Positions 43,571 to 54,023 of a stretch of DNA of 64,000 bases are shown one piece after another. Position 1 is the first letter of the stretch. Each line of letters opens with the position of its first letter. Made by a program: the position numbers and the translations under genes. The DNA is taken from NCBI GenBank assembly GCA_963840175.1, contig CAWIXU010000004.1:9288-73287 (forward strand), read 5' to 3'. Under the pieces are notes generated by a model. That model was not told where the DNA came from. It made no database searches and saw only the letters and a list, made by a program, of their open reading frames with translations. This stretch comes from an uncultured Acidimicrobiia bacterium (GTDB lineage: Bacteria; Actinomycetota; Acidimicrobiia; Spongiisociales; ZC4RG35).

Positions 43571-43609
43571 GAAGCCAATCTTGTCACACCGTTCCGTCAT
43601 GGTGAACCG

Positions 43610-44173
43610 ATGCTTTGTGTGGGCTGCGGAAGGTTGGGCGATGACCTCTGTCGCGCCTGCCGGCAAAATCTGGTGGAGGCGCCCGACCGTTTGCTGGCCT
43701 CCGGATTGCTGGTTCGCTCGTGCTTCGAGCACACGGGCGTCGCCAAAACAGTCGTGCACGCCTTCAAATATCAGGGAAGCGATCGCGCAGGGTGGCTGCT
43801 TGCTCGAGCCCTCGCCTGCCTGCTGCCGCCGACGTGGCACTCTGGTGCCGCTACCTCCGCGAGCTGGCGCACCGTCACTTACGGAGTCGACCCCGCTCGT
43901 GAGCTGGCCAAAAAAGTTTCGTTGCTGACCGGCAGACAGATTTGGATGGGTTTGGAGCCACCATTGCACAGCTCCGCCCAGGCCGGACGCGTACGAACCG
44001 AACGCGACCCTCCGGCGTTTACGGTCAGCGAGGAGCCTCCCACCGACTTGATCCTGATCGACGATGTTGTCACCACTGGCCGAACCCTGATGAGCGCCCA
44101 ACGTTCGCTCGGCCAGGGCGACCGTCCAAAACCGGTTCTTTTGGCCCTGTCCGCGACAGCTACCAGTGACTAG
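43610..44173 (+). CDS. comF: ComF-family phosphoribosyltransferase-like protein
   Basis: N-terminal Cys pairs MLCVGCGRLGDDLCRAC. HAFKYQG. PRTase loop LILIDDVVTTGRTL. Conserved position upstream of hpf-secA. Confidence 0.7.
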   Translation: MLCVGCGRLGDDLCRACRQNLVEAPDRLLASGLLVRSCFEHTGVAKTVVHAFKYQGSDRAGWLLARALACLLPPTWHSGAATSASWRTVTYGVDPARELAKKVSLLTGRQIWMGLEPPLHSSAQAGRVRTERDPPAFTVSEEPPTDLILIDDVVTTGRTLMSAQRSLGQGDRPKPVLLALSATATSD

Positions 44174-44228
44174 TCTTTTCTCGGGAGTGTCGATAGTCCA
44201 AGTGCCAAAAGCTCTATTGGGGGAGTGA

Positions 44229-44765
44229 ATGGAAGTTCGTGTTCATACGCGTAACACCAGCATCGACGATCGGGTCAGGGAACTAGCCGCCGAAAAGCTC
44301 GGCCACGCCGCGCGGGTGTTCGAAAGCCAGGTGGCCGACATGGATGTCGAGTTCTCCGAGGAGCACAACCCCCGCCTGGCAGCCGAGCGCTACCGCCTCG
44401 AGGTCACCACGGCGGCAGCTGGCAAGGTGATCCGGGTGGTTTCAACGGCGGCCTCGGCCGAAACGGCCGTTGATCAGGCCGTGGACCGCCTCAACCTCCA
44501 ACTACGGCGTCTTAAAGGGAAATTGATCGAAAAACACCGGAAACACGCCGTCCATGACGGTTTGGTCGAGCCTCCCACAGAACCCACGAACGAGATTGTT
44601 CGTATCAAGCAATTCGTTATGAAGCCGATGACCGTAGAGGAAGCAGTGCTGCAGATGGAGTTGCTTGGTCATGACTTTTTCTTCTTTCACAACGACGGCA
44701 CCCAGCGCCAGAGCGTGCTGTATCGCCGTCGGGACGGTCAATTGGGTTTGATCGAATCAGCGTGA
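44229..44765 (+). CDS. hpf: Ribosome hibernation-promoting factor (long form, intact)
   Basis: N-terminal RaiA/YfiA-type domain. C-terminal IVRIKQFVMKPMTVEEAVLQMELLGHDFFFFHN..SVLYRRRDGQLGLIE. GGGGAG precedes the ATG. Confidence 0.9.
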   Translation: MEVRVHTRNTSIDDRVRELAAEKLGHAARVFESQVADMDVEFSEEHNPRLAAERYRLEVTTAAAGKVIRVVSTAASAETAVDQAVDRLNLQLRRLKGKLIEKHRKHAVHDGLVEPPTEPTNEIVRIKQFVMKPMTVEEAVLQMELLGHDFFFFHNDGTQRQSVLYRRRDGQLGLIESA

Positions 44766-45418
44766 AGAATCCGACTGTTCTTGTTGTCGACGACGCGCCT
44801 ATTTTTCAGGCGGGTTTGGCGGCTGCCCTCAAAGTGGAGGGCTTCGACGTCGTGGCGATTGCCTCCGATGCCCTCACTGCAATTGCTGAAGCCCGCCGTC
44901 ACCGCCCGGCTCTGGTTGTTCTGGACGTGTTGATGCCGGGGATCTCGGGTCTCGATGTCGTTGACAAGATCACCGACGCCTCGCCGGGAACCAAGGTTGT
45001 GCTGCTGACGTCGAGCGACTCCGAGGAGGACTTGCTCACGGCGATCAAGGCAGGAGCTTCCGGCTACATCATCAAAGACACGCCATTCCCCAAGCTGGTG
45101 GCGGCGATGAATGAAGTCGTCAAAGGGGGAGCCGTAGTGTCGCCCAAGCTTGCGGCCCGGCTCTTTGATGTGGTGGCCCATCTGCTGCGCAATCGGGATC
45201 TCAACGCCACCCGCCGGCCCTCTCTCACCGGTCGCGAGGTGGAGATCCTGCAATGGATCGCCGATGGTCGAACCTCGCGCGAGATAGGCGAACAGCTCTA
45301 CATCTCCGAGAACACCGTCAAGAACCACGTCCGCAACATCTTGGACAAGCTGGGGATGCAGTCCCGGCACGAAGCGGTCCGCTACGCCGAACACGCGGGA
45401 CTTCTGAATCGCCGATAG
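44762..45418 (+). CDS. NarL/FixJ (LuxR-type) response regulator (intact), no kinase nearby
   Basis: REC domain VLVVDDAPIFQAGL..VVLDVLMPGISG..VVLLTSS. HTH LTGREVEILQWIADGRTSREIGEQLYISENTVKNHVRNIL. GTG overlaps the hpf stop (GTGA). Confidence 0.85.
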   Translation: MKNPTVLVVDDAPIFQAGLAAALKVEGFDVVAIASDALTAIAEARRHRPALVVLDVLMPGISGLDVVDKITDASPGTKVVLLTSSDSEEDLLTAIKAGASGYIIKDTPFPKLVAAMNEVVKGGAVVSPKLAARLFDVVAHLLRNRDLNATRRPSLTGREVEILQWIADGRTSREIGEQLYISENTVKNHVRNILDKLGMQSRHEAVRYAEHAGLLNRR

Positions 45419-45426
45419 GCGATTCA

Positions 45427-45504
45427 GAGACGTCAGACATCAGACGTCAGACATCAGACTGGGATTCCATCTGAAGTCTGAAATCTGATGTCTGATGTCT
45501 TCTC
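45427..45504. repeat. Intact long imperfect hairpin built from GTCAGACATCAGAC units (terminator-like, between the RR gene and secA)
   Basis: Left arm 45435-45459 pairs with right arm 45476-45500 (about 23 of 25 positions, counting G-T). The 16-nt loop contains TGGGATTCC. Starts 9 nt after TAG 45416-45418. Confidence 0.8.
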
Positions 45505-45528
45505 ACCCCCGATACCATTCCGGCCTGA

Positions 45529-48124
45529 ATGTCCATCTTTTCCAAGCTGCTCAAGGCCGGTGAAGGCAAGACCCTGCGCGAATTCGAGCGTCTCGTCGTC
45601 GAGGTCAATGCCCTCGAACCGACCATCTCAGCGCTGGATGACGCTCAACTAGCCAACCAGACCGTCGAGTTCCGGCGCCGGCTCGACGCCGGGGAGCCGC
45701 TCGATGACCTGGCCGTCGAGGCCTTCGCCACGGTCCGGGAGGCAGCGCAACGAGTCATCGGGGAGCGTCACTTCGACGTCCAGGTGATCGGCGCTTTGGC
45801 ACTCCATCGGGGGATGGTGGCCGAGATGAAGACCGGCGAGGGCAAAACCCTGGTTTCGTCGATGCCCGCCTATCTCAACGCCCTTCCTGGCACCGGCGTG
45901 CACATCGTCACCGTCAACGACTACCTCGCCTCCCGCGACGCCGACTGGATGGGCGCCATCCATCGTTTCCTCGGGCTCAACGTCGGGCTCATCCAAACCG
46001 GTATGGAACCCGGAAAGCGGCAATCCGGCCTACGCCGCCGACATCACCTACGGAACCAACAACGAGTTCGGGTTCGACTATCTGCGTGACAACATGGCGA
46101 TGCGGGCGAGCGACCGTGTCCAGCGCGGCCACGTTTATGCGATCGTCGATGAGGTCGACTCGATCCTGATCGACGAAGCCCGCACCCCGTTGATCATTAG
46201 CGGCCGGCTGTCGGATGCGGCCAAGTGGTATCGAGACTTCGCTCGAATTGCGAACCGGTTACGACGCGATGAGCACTACGAAGTCGATGAAGCCAAGCGA
46301 CAGGTATTGACCACCGAGGAAGGCGTCGGATTCGTCGAAGAGATACTCGGAGTCGAAAACCTCTATGACCACGCCGCGGTCGACTTCGTCCACCATCTCG
46401 AGTCATCGCTGCGAGCCAAGGAGCTCTACCAGCGGGACGTGGAATATCTCGTTGACCAGGGCGAAGTCAAGATCGTTGACGAATTCACCGGGCGCGTACT
46501 CGAAGGTCGTCGTTATTCAGAAGGGCTTCACCAGGCCATCGAGGCGAAGGAAGGGGTGAAGATCAAAGAAGAGAATCAGACCCTCGCCACGATCACTCTC
46601 CAGAACTACTTCCGGCTCTACCAGAAGCTTGCCGGGATGACCGGCACCGCCGAAACCGAAGCGGCCGAGCTGGCGCAGATTTATGGACTCGAAGTGCTGG
46701 TCATCCCGCCGAACCGGACCGTGGCGCGAGCCGACCAACCCGACCTGGTCTTTAAGTCAGAGGATGCCAAGTTCCAAGCAGTCGTCGATGACATCGTCGC
46801 GCGCCATGAGGCGCAACAGCCCATCCTGCTGGGCACCGTCTCGATCGAGAAGTCCGAGCGTCTCTCGAAGATGTTGCAAAAGCGGGGCATCGAGCATGAA
46901 GTGCTCAACGCCAAGAATCATGCCCGGGAGGCTGAAATCATCGCGCAGGCGGGGCGTCCCGGCGCGGTGACCGTGGCCACCAACATGGCCGGGCGGGGAG
47001 TCGACATCAGGCTGGGTGGGAATCCCGAAGGTCTGGCGCGCGTCGAGCTCAAGCGCCAGCAGGTGCCGGAAGAGGAGTTCGAGAAAAAGCTCGCCGAAAC
47101 CACTGCCCGCTACGCCGCCGAGATCGCTCCGATCAAGGAAAAGGTGATCGAAAGCGGTGGGCTTTACGTCGTGGGCACCGAGCGTCACGAATCCCGCCGG
47201 ATCGACAATCAGCTGCGTGGTCGTTCGGGCCGCCAGGGTGATCCGGGCGAGTCCCGGTTCTATTTGTCGCTGGGAGACGACCTGATGCGTCGTTTCTCTG
47301 GGGATCGAGTTTCGTCGTTGATGGATCGGATGAAGATTCCCGACGACGTACCCATCGAGGCCGGCATGGTGACCAAGGCCATCGAACGAGCGCAGAAAAC
47401 GGTGGAAGCACAGAACTTTGAGCTTCGCAAGAACGTCCTCAAATTCGATGAGGTGATGAACAAGCAAAGAGAAGTCATCTACGACTGGCGCGTGGATTTG
47501 CTCGAGGCGTCGGGTGAGGATCTGGTCACAGAATGGATCGAGGTCGTAGTCGCCGATACCGTCGAGGCGGTTTTTCCACCCGAGCTCGCACCGTCGGAAT
47601 GGGATTGGGAATTGCTCAACAAAGAGCTAGTTCAGATTTATCCGTCAACGCTCAAAGAGCCGGGACCGGAAGGATCCTCGCTGGAGGATGTCATCGACGC
47701 GGCCGTCGAAGAGGCCAACGCGGCCTATGCAGCGAAGAGCAAGGAATTGGGGCTCGAGAACATGCGCCAGGTCGAGCGCCAGGTGATTCTGTCGGTGATC
47801 GACAACAAGTGGCGCGAGCACCTATCCGAAATGGACTACCTGCGCGCTGGAATCGGCCTGCGCGCCATGGGCCAACGCGATCCGCTGGTCGAATATCAGC
47901 GCGAGGGCTACTCGATGTTCAGCGAACTGGTCGAATCGGTGAAGCGTGACACCGTTCGCTATTTGTTCCACGTCCAATTGGCGGAGCCCGCCGCCCCGGC
48001 TGCCCCCAAAGTCGTCAACGATGATCAGTCAAAGTCAATTCGAAGCAGCGGCGCCGTGGGCCGCAACGATCCCTGCCCATGTGGCAGTGGCAAGAAATAC
48101 AAACGCTGCCACGGTGCGGCGTAA
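45529..48124 (+). CDS. secA: Preprotein translocase ATPase SecA, one frame change near 46027
   Basis: [21 protein letters not shown], ..[24 protein letters not shown] across the junction, [30 protein letters not shown]-terminal zinc motif [14 protein letters not shown]. Confidence 0.95.
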
Positions 48125-48145
48125 CCAGGTGCTAGAAGTTCGCTC

Positions 48146-49284
48146 ATGACCGTAGAGACGACGGAACCGCACGCTTTGATCGCCGACATCCGCAACCGCC
48201 TGGCTGAGGCCCGGAGGTTTCTTTGACCTTGACCGCAAAGCCACCGAGCTCGCCGAGTTAAAGGAGCAGGCGGCCGATCCCGGCCTGTGGAACGACCCCG
48301 ACCAAGGGCGCCAGGTCACCCAGCGCCTGGCGGCGTTGGAGCGGACCATCGACAGCGTCGCCAAGCTCGAGCGAACTCTGGATGATTCGGAGGTCCTGCT
48401 CGAGCTCTCCGAAGAGGCCGCCGATCCCTCTGTGCGGGCGGAGGTCGTGTCCGAGCTGGCTGCTCTCTATCGCAGCCTGGCCGGTCTCGAACGCGAGTCG
48501 CTCTACTTCGACGAGTACGACGATCACAACGCCATCCTCTCGGTGCACGCCGGCGCCGGCGGCGTCGATGCGCAGGATTGGGCGGAGATCCTCGTCCGCA
48601 TGTACCAGCGCTTTCTCGAGGAGAACCGGTTCTCGGTAATCGTCGAGGAGATCAGCGAAGGGGAGGAGGCGGGCGTGAAGTCGGTGACCATGACGGTGCG
48701 GGGGGAACACGCCTATGGAACGCTCGAGTCCGAAAGGGGAACCCACCGCTTGGTGCGGATCAGTCCCTTCGACTCGAACTCCCGGCGGCACACCTCCTTT
48801 GCGGGTGTCGATGTGGTGCCCGAACTCGCCGACGAGGAGGGGATGGAGATCGATCCCGATGATCTCCGCATCGACACCTATCGGTCACAGGGAGCAGGCG
48901 GTCAGCATGTGAACAAGACCGACTCGGCCGTGCGGATCACCCACCTTCCCACGGGGATCGTGGTTCAGTGCCAGAACGAGCGGAGTCAACTGCAAAACCG
49001 GACCCGGGCCATGGCGATTCTGAAGGCGCGGCTCCACGAACTCGCTCGTCAGCAACGGATCACCGCAAATCGATGAGATCCGCGGTGAGCAAGGCGCAGC
49101 CGCCTGGGGCCAGCAGATTCGCAGCTATGTCATGCAGCCCTATCAAATGGTCAAAGACCTCCGCACCGATGTCGAGGTCGGCAACATCTCAGGCGTGCTC
49201 GACGGCGATCTCGACGAGTTCATCGACGGCTACCTCCGCTGGCGCCGCCTCCAGCACGAGGAATTGCGAACCCAGGGTTCGTAG
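48146..49284 (+). CDS. prfB: Peptide chain release factor 2 with programmed +1 frameshift at codon 27, plus one apparent error frameshift near 49067
   Basis: ORF0 [29 protein letters not shown]. The +1 frame continues [28 protein letters not shown]... SPF tripeptide (RISPFDS), GGQ motif ([17 protein letters not shown]). Tail [30 protein letters not shown] in a third frame, ending at TAG 49282-49284. Confidence 0.9.
48213..48227 (+). promoter_or_regulatory. prfB programmed +1 ribosomal frameshift site
   Basis: GGAGG (48213-17), TTT spacer, CTT TGA C (48221-27). Same architecture as the E. coli AGGGGG-UAU-CUU-UGA-C site. Confidence 0.85.
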
Positions 49285-49393
49285 GTGCGTTGGACGTCTC
49301 TAACGGCCCACAGAACGGACGGAAGTTCGGTTTCGCACTCTGAGCCGGTTACCCTGAACCGGCCATCCGGGCATTCACGATGGGTCAGGACCA

Positions 49394-50111
49394 ATGATTC
49401 GGCTGCGTGACGTCACCAAGGTTTATGAGGGCGGAGTTGTGGCCGTCCGTGACATCAATCTCGACATCCAAAAAGGGCGCTTTCGTCTTCCTGGTCGGCC
49501 CCTCGGGGTCGGGCAAGTCGACGCTGATCCGGCTGTTGCTCCGTCAGGACACCGTGACCCGGGGCACGATCTGGGTCGCAGGCAAAGACATCACCCAGCT
49601 GCCCGCCTGGAAGGTGCCATTCCTCCGTCGTTCGGTCGGCACCGTCTTCCAGGACTTCAAGCTCCTGCCCAATAAGACGGTGAGTGAGAACGTCGCTTTC
49701 GCTCTCGAAGTCCTCGGCAAGCCCCGGGCAGTGATCGGTCCACAGGTCCAGCAAGTGCTCGAACTGGTCGGGCTCAAGGACAAGGCCGATCGCTATCCCC
49801 GCCAGCTGTCCGGTGGCGAACAGCAGCGAGTCTCGATTGCTCGTGCTTTCGTCAACCGGCCACCGATCCTCCTCTGCGATGAGCCCACGGGCAACCTCGA
49901 CCCGGCGACGTCGGTGGGGATCATGCGTTTGCTCGATCGGATCAACCGCTCGGGGACGACGGTCGCGATGGCGACTCATGACCACGCCATCGTCGATGCC
50001 ATGCAACGACGAGTGGTGCAGCTGGAGAACGGACGGATCATCCGCGACGAGCAGGCCGGGCGTTATGAAGAGCAGGTCGCCGAAGTCAGCGACGGGAGTG
50101 TCGCCCCGTGA
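49394..50111 (+). CDS. ftsE: Cell-division ABC ATPase FtsE, one frame change at 49470-49477
   Basis: [14 protein letters not shown].. Walker [10 protein letters not shown], signature LSGGEQQRV, Walker [13 protein letters not shown]. Confidence 0.9.
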
Positions 50112-51050
50112 ATCGTTTCGGCTTCCTGGCGCGCGAGGCTTTCATCAACCTGCGTCGCAACCTTTTGGTGGTGATGGGAGCGGTGCTCGCGGTGTTCATC
50201 TCGCTGGCCCTTGCCTTCGGAGCCCTGGTCATCAACCAGATGCTGCGGATCAACACGCTCGCCTGGCAAGACGGAGTGCACATCATCGCCTTCCTTCATG
50301 ACGAAGGTCTGCCCGGAATCCCCACGGGCGCCCATGACGCACTTGTGGCCGAGGTTGCGAGTTGGGAGGAAGTCGCTCAACGTCAGCTACATCGACAAGG
50401 CCGAGGCTTACGTCGAGTTCCAGCAGATTTTCGCCGACCGTCCCGAGTATTTGGAGAATGTCGATCCGACTGTGTTGCCGGCGTCGGTTCGGATCGAGTT
50501 AACGGATCTCGAGCTCTACCGAGATGTTCAGTTCCGGCTGGCGAGCGAAAGCCAATTGATCTTTCGGGTAGCGACCTTCGGCGAGCAGATCGAACAACTC
50601 TCTTCACTGTCGACCGTACTCAATCTGCTCGGACTGGGTCTCGCCCTTGTGCTCGGCGTCTCGGCAGTGATCCTTATCGCCAACACCATCCGCATGGCCA
50701 TCTACGCCCGACGCGACGAGGTGGCGATCATGAAATTGGTTGGCGCCTCCAACTGGTTTGTCCGCGTCCCCTTCATCCTCGAAGGGATGATCGAAGGACT
50801 GATCGGGGCGGGTCTGGCGGTCGCCGCGGTGTGGGTGGCTTTCCGCAATCTTCGGTCCCTCGGTGACTCGATCGAGATCGTCTCGTTTGCGGTGCCCGAC
50901 CGGTTCTTCCTCACCTGGTCGATTGTGATTCTTCTCTTCGGAGCGGCAGCAGGAGTGCTGGGCAGCGTGCTGGGGCTCAGCCGATACCTGAAAGACGACG
51001 AGGGGAGCCGGCCGGTTGCGGTCGGTGCGCGGGTCTTAGAGCCGCTGTGA
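50108..51050 (+). CDS. ftsX: Cell-division permease FtsX, one frame change near 50370
   Basis: [29 protein letters not shown]. Periplasmic domain [16 protein letters not shown]-terminal [41 protein letters not shown]. Confidence 0.85.
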
Positions 51051-52243
51051 AGTCCGCACGGCTCGCCGTGCTTTTCGTCGCCCTCGTCCTCTTCTTTGGG
51101 GCGGCTTCACCTGTGGTGGCGCAAGATCCGGCGGCCGAGCTCCGCGAGGTCCAGAACGAGCTCAACCGGGTCGAACAGGCAATCAGAGCCGCTCGCACCG
51201 AAGCCAGTTCAGTCGGCCAGCAGGTTGTCGCCGCCCAAGCCGCCATGGCTGCTGCACTCGACACCTACAACGCCGCCCAGGCCCGGGTCGAGGAACTGAT
51301 TCGCGCCGTTCAACGGACAGCGGCGCAGGTGGTTTCCCTCAAGGGACAGGTGGCGACGCTCGAACGCCTCCTGGCGAAGACTGCGGTCGAGCTCTCGAAC
51401 ACCAAGGAACGACTCGAACAGACCGCGGTCAACCTCTATATGACCGCTAGCGCCGTGCCCGGAGCCGACCTCTTTAGTCGGGCATCCGTCGCCGAGGCCG
51501 CTACTGCTCTGGCTTATTCGTCGGTGCTCTTCGATCAGGACACCGATGTCTTCACTGCGTTCGAGCTACTCCAGCGCGAAGAGGAAAGGCAACGCACACA
51601 GATCGTCGGGATGAAGACTGAAACCGAAGGCGAACTGGCGCGTCTTGGTGAGGAACGAGCGAATCTCGAGATTGAGCGCGACCTTGCCGCCGCCGCCCTG
51701 GCGGAAGCGCAAACCCAAGCCGCCAAGGTGCAGACGCTGCTCGACTCGATCCGCAACCAGATCGCCGCGGCGGAAGAACACAAGGACGGTCTCGAAGCCG
51801 ATGCAGCGGCGCTTGAAGCTGAGATCGACCGACTCGCTACCAAAGAGGGAACTGCGCCCTCGGTCTTGTCGTGGCCGGTCAACGGCGCGGTGAGCTCGCC
51901 GTTCGGCTATCGGGTTCATCCCATTCTCGGAGTGAAAAAGCTTCATACCGGCGTCGACATCAACGGCGCGAGTGGCGCGCCGATCGTCGCGTCCGGTGCA
52001 GGCACCGTGATCCTCGCTCAGACTTATGGGGGTTACGGTCGTGCCGTCGTGATCGACCACGGCGGCGGGTTGACGACTCTTTACGCCCATCAGTCGCAGA
52101 TGGCGGTGTCGGTAGGGGAGGAGGTGAGCCGGGGCGAAGTTATCGGTTACGTCGGTTGCAGTGGAAGCTGCACCGGCCCGCATCTCCATTTCGAGGTTCG
52201 GGTGAGTGGCGTTCCGGTCGATCCGCTTGGCTATCTCCGATGA
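51047..52243 (+). CDS. M23 peptidase with N-terminal coiled coil (EnvC-like, intact)
   Basis: Signal peptide and a long Ala/Glu/Gln coiled coil. M23 core HTGVDINGASGAPIVASGAGTV..GGYGRAVVIDHGGGLTTLYAHQS..GPHLHFEV. Confidence 0.85.
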   Translation: MKSARLAVLFVALVLFFGAASPVVAQDPAAELREVQNELNRVEQAIRAARTEASSVGQQVVAAQAAMAAALDTYNAAQARVEELIRAVQRTAAQVVSLKGQVATLERLLAKTAVELSNTKERLEQTAVNLYMTASAVPGADLFSRASVAEAATALAYSSVLFDQDTDVFTAFELLQREEERQRTQIVGMKTETEGELARLGEERANLEIERDLAAAALAEAQTQAAKVQTLLDSIRNQIAAAEEHKDGLEADAAALEAEIDRLATKEGTAPSVLSWPVNGAVSSPFGYRVHPILGVKKLHTGVDINGASGAPIVASGAGTVILAQTYGGYGRAVVIDHGGGLTTLYAHQSQMAVSVGEEVSRGEVIGYVGCSGSCTGPHLHFEVRVSGVPVDPLGYLR

Positions 52244-52704
52244 AGAAACCCGAAGGCGTCAAGGTCATCGCCTCGAACCGGCGGGCGCGCCACGACTACG
52301 AGATCCTCGATACTTTCGAAGCCGGCCTCGTCCTCATCGGCTCGGAGGTAAAGAGCTTGCGGGAGGGCCAAGGGCAGCTCAAGGACAGCTTCGCCCATAT
52401 TCGCGACGGCGAGATCTTTTTGGTCGGTTGTTATATCGCTCCCTACGTCTTCTCCCGGGCTGGCGGCCATGAACCGGAGCGAACCCGGAAGCTTTTGATG
52501 CACCGTCGCCAGATCGATCGCCTGGCGTCCGAGCTGGCCGAAAAGGGGCTCACCCTGGTTCCGCTTCAGCTCTACTTCAAAGAGGGCAAGGCCAAGGTTG
52601 AGCTGGGGCTGGCACGGGGAAAGCGCACCATCGACAAGCGAGAGACCGTCAAGAAGAGGGAGCAGGAGCGAGAGATGGAGCGCGCGCTCCGGCGTCGGCC
52701 CTAG
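52240..52704 (+). CDS. smpB: SsrA-binding protein SmpB (intact)
   Basis: IASNRRARHDYEILDTFEAGLVLIGSEVKSLREG..LLMHRRQIDRL..GLTLVPLQLYFKEGKAKVELGLARGK. ATG overlaps the M23 stop (ATGA). Confidence 0.95.
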   Translation: MKKPEGVKVIASNRRARHDYEILDTFEAGLVLIGSEVKSLREGQGQLKDSFAHIRDGEIFLVGCYIAPYVFSRAGGHEPERTRKLLMHRRQIDRLASELAEKGLTLVPLQLYFKEGKAKVELGLARGKRTIDKRETVKKREQEREMERALRRRP

Positions 52705-52742
52705 GTCTTGGCAGCGAACAGGTGTTCGACTAGGCTGTCGGA

Positions 52743-53670
52743 GTGGCGGAGTTTCGGTGGAGCCAGCTGGCGACCTCGCAGGACGGTCTCTTCGAGCAAG
52801 TCACGCCGGGTCGTCGGTCGTGGCGAGTACAAGGGACTGACCTTCCACGAGATCGAGGCTCGCTCGATCATCAGCAAAGCCCCTCCCTCGACCCCGTGGT
52901 TCGGCTACTCGATCAACGCCTACAGGGGATGCTCCCATGCTTGTGAATTACTGCTTCGCTCGGCCTACCCATGAATACCTCGGGTTCAACATGGGCGAGG
53001 ACTTCGAACAGCAGATCGTCGTCAAGACCAATGCGGTCGAGTTGTGTCGCGCCGAGACCGAGCCTGCGCGCTGGGCTGGCGATTCGATCGCGATGGGAAC
53101 GAACACCGATCCGTATCAAGCCGCCGAGGGCAAGTACAAGCTCACCAAGGGGATCATCGAGGTGCTTGGCCGAGCGTGGCAACGGATTCTCGATCCTCAC
53201 CAAGTCACCGCTGGTCCTTCGGGATCTCGACCTGATCGCAGAGGCTGCCAAGACGAGCGCAGGTCTCGGTCTCGTTTTCGGTGGCGACTCTCGACGAGGA
53301 CGTCTGGCGTCGAACCGAGCCCGGTGCACCGCATCCCCGCAAACGACTCGATGCCCTCGCCAAGCTGCGGGAGGCGGGTGTCAGCGGAGGCGTCATGGTG
53401 GCGCCGGTTCTGCCCGGCATCTCTGACAGTCCAGAGCAGGTGGCCGCCGTGAAGAAAGCGGCGCGGGAGGCTGGCGCCGAATGGGTCAACGAGGTGCAAG
53501 CTCCACCTGCGCGGTGTCCGCCCACACTTCCTGAAATGGCTGGCCCAGGACAGCCCGAATCTGGTTGCCAATTATGAGGCAAGCTATCCAGAGCGGCGGC
53601 CCACGCGAGCCCAAGCGAGCCCGACGCAGCTTCTCTCCCCGACCAACTTCGGCTCGGCCGTTCTTCGTAA
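52743..53670 (+). CDS. Radical SAM protein of the Rv2578c/SplB-like (COG1533) family, frameshifted
   Basis: FHEIEARSIISKAP..WFGYSINAYRGCSHAC then (next frame) YCFARPTHEYLGFNMGEDFEQQIVVKTN. GTNTDPYQAAEGKYKLTKGII, FSILTKSPLVLRDL, VMVAPVLPGISDS. 3' end uncertain; it abuts the tmRNA 3' end. Confidence 0.7.
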
Positions 53671-53673
53671 TCG

Positions 53674-54023
53674 TGGAGGCGGCGGGAATCGGACCCGCGT
53701 CCCATGAGTCGTCAGCGCCGGCATCTCCGAGCGCAGCCGTCGGCGAGCTTGTCGGCAAGAAGGACCCCAACGGCGGGCTTCCCACTCGCTTATCCGGAGT
53801 TGATCTTTGCCCTCCGGTCCCGGATCCCGGAGGACGCATCCTGCATTGCGACGCCCGATTCCGGCGAGGCAGGCGCCCACCGGGCGGACGGGCTGCGTTA
53901 TTTAGGCAGCCAGTGCGAAGTTGTCTTCGGCACTTGTGTTTGTTTCCGGCTCTTTAACGAGGTTCCGGAGACCTCGGCTCGCTTCCGACGCATCAACACT
54001 CATGGTCGAAACCATTTCGCCCC
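53674..54023 (-). ncRNA. ssrA: tmRNA (SsrA), about 350 nt
   Basis: 5' GGGGGCGAAATGGTTTCGACC (rc of 54003-54023). 3' GGACGCGGGTCCGATTCCCGCCGCCTCCA (rc of 53674-53702). Internal tag ORF ..GCC GAA GAC AAC TTC GCA CTG GCT GCC TAA ATAA = (A)EDNFALAA*. Confidence 0.9.

Noticed and set aside
43571-44101. N-terminal 177-codon extension of the P450 ORF (559 aa ORF 42422-44101)
   Set aside because: It lies antisense to the comF-family gene. It is Gly/Arg/Gln-rich with no P450 homology, which begins at MAFPLG (ATG 43570). This is a typical long open frame of high-GC DNA.
44762-45418. Orphan LuxR-type response regulator between hpf and secA as a novel regulatory insertion
   Set aside because: As I recall, an orphan response regulator occupies this position in other actinobacteria (for example Streptomyces). 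It is intact and ordinary.
45427-45504. CAGACATCAGA repeats as a possible CRISPR array
   Set aside because: There are only two tandem units per arm, arranged as an inverted repeat with no spacers, and no cas genes in the window.
52743-53702. Genomic island integrated at the tmRNA 3' end
   Set aside because: There is no integrase, no duplicated ssrA 3' segment and no compositional break that I could see. The adjacent gene is a conserved radical SAM housekeeping-type gene.
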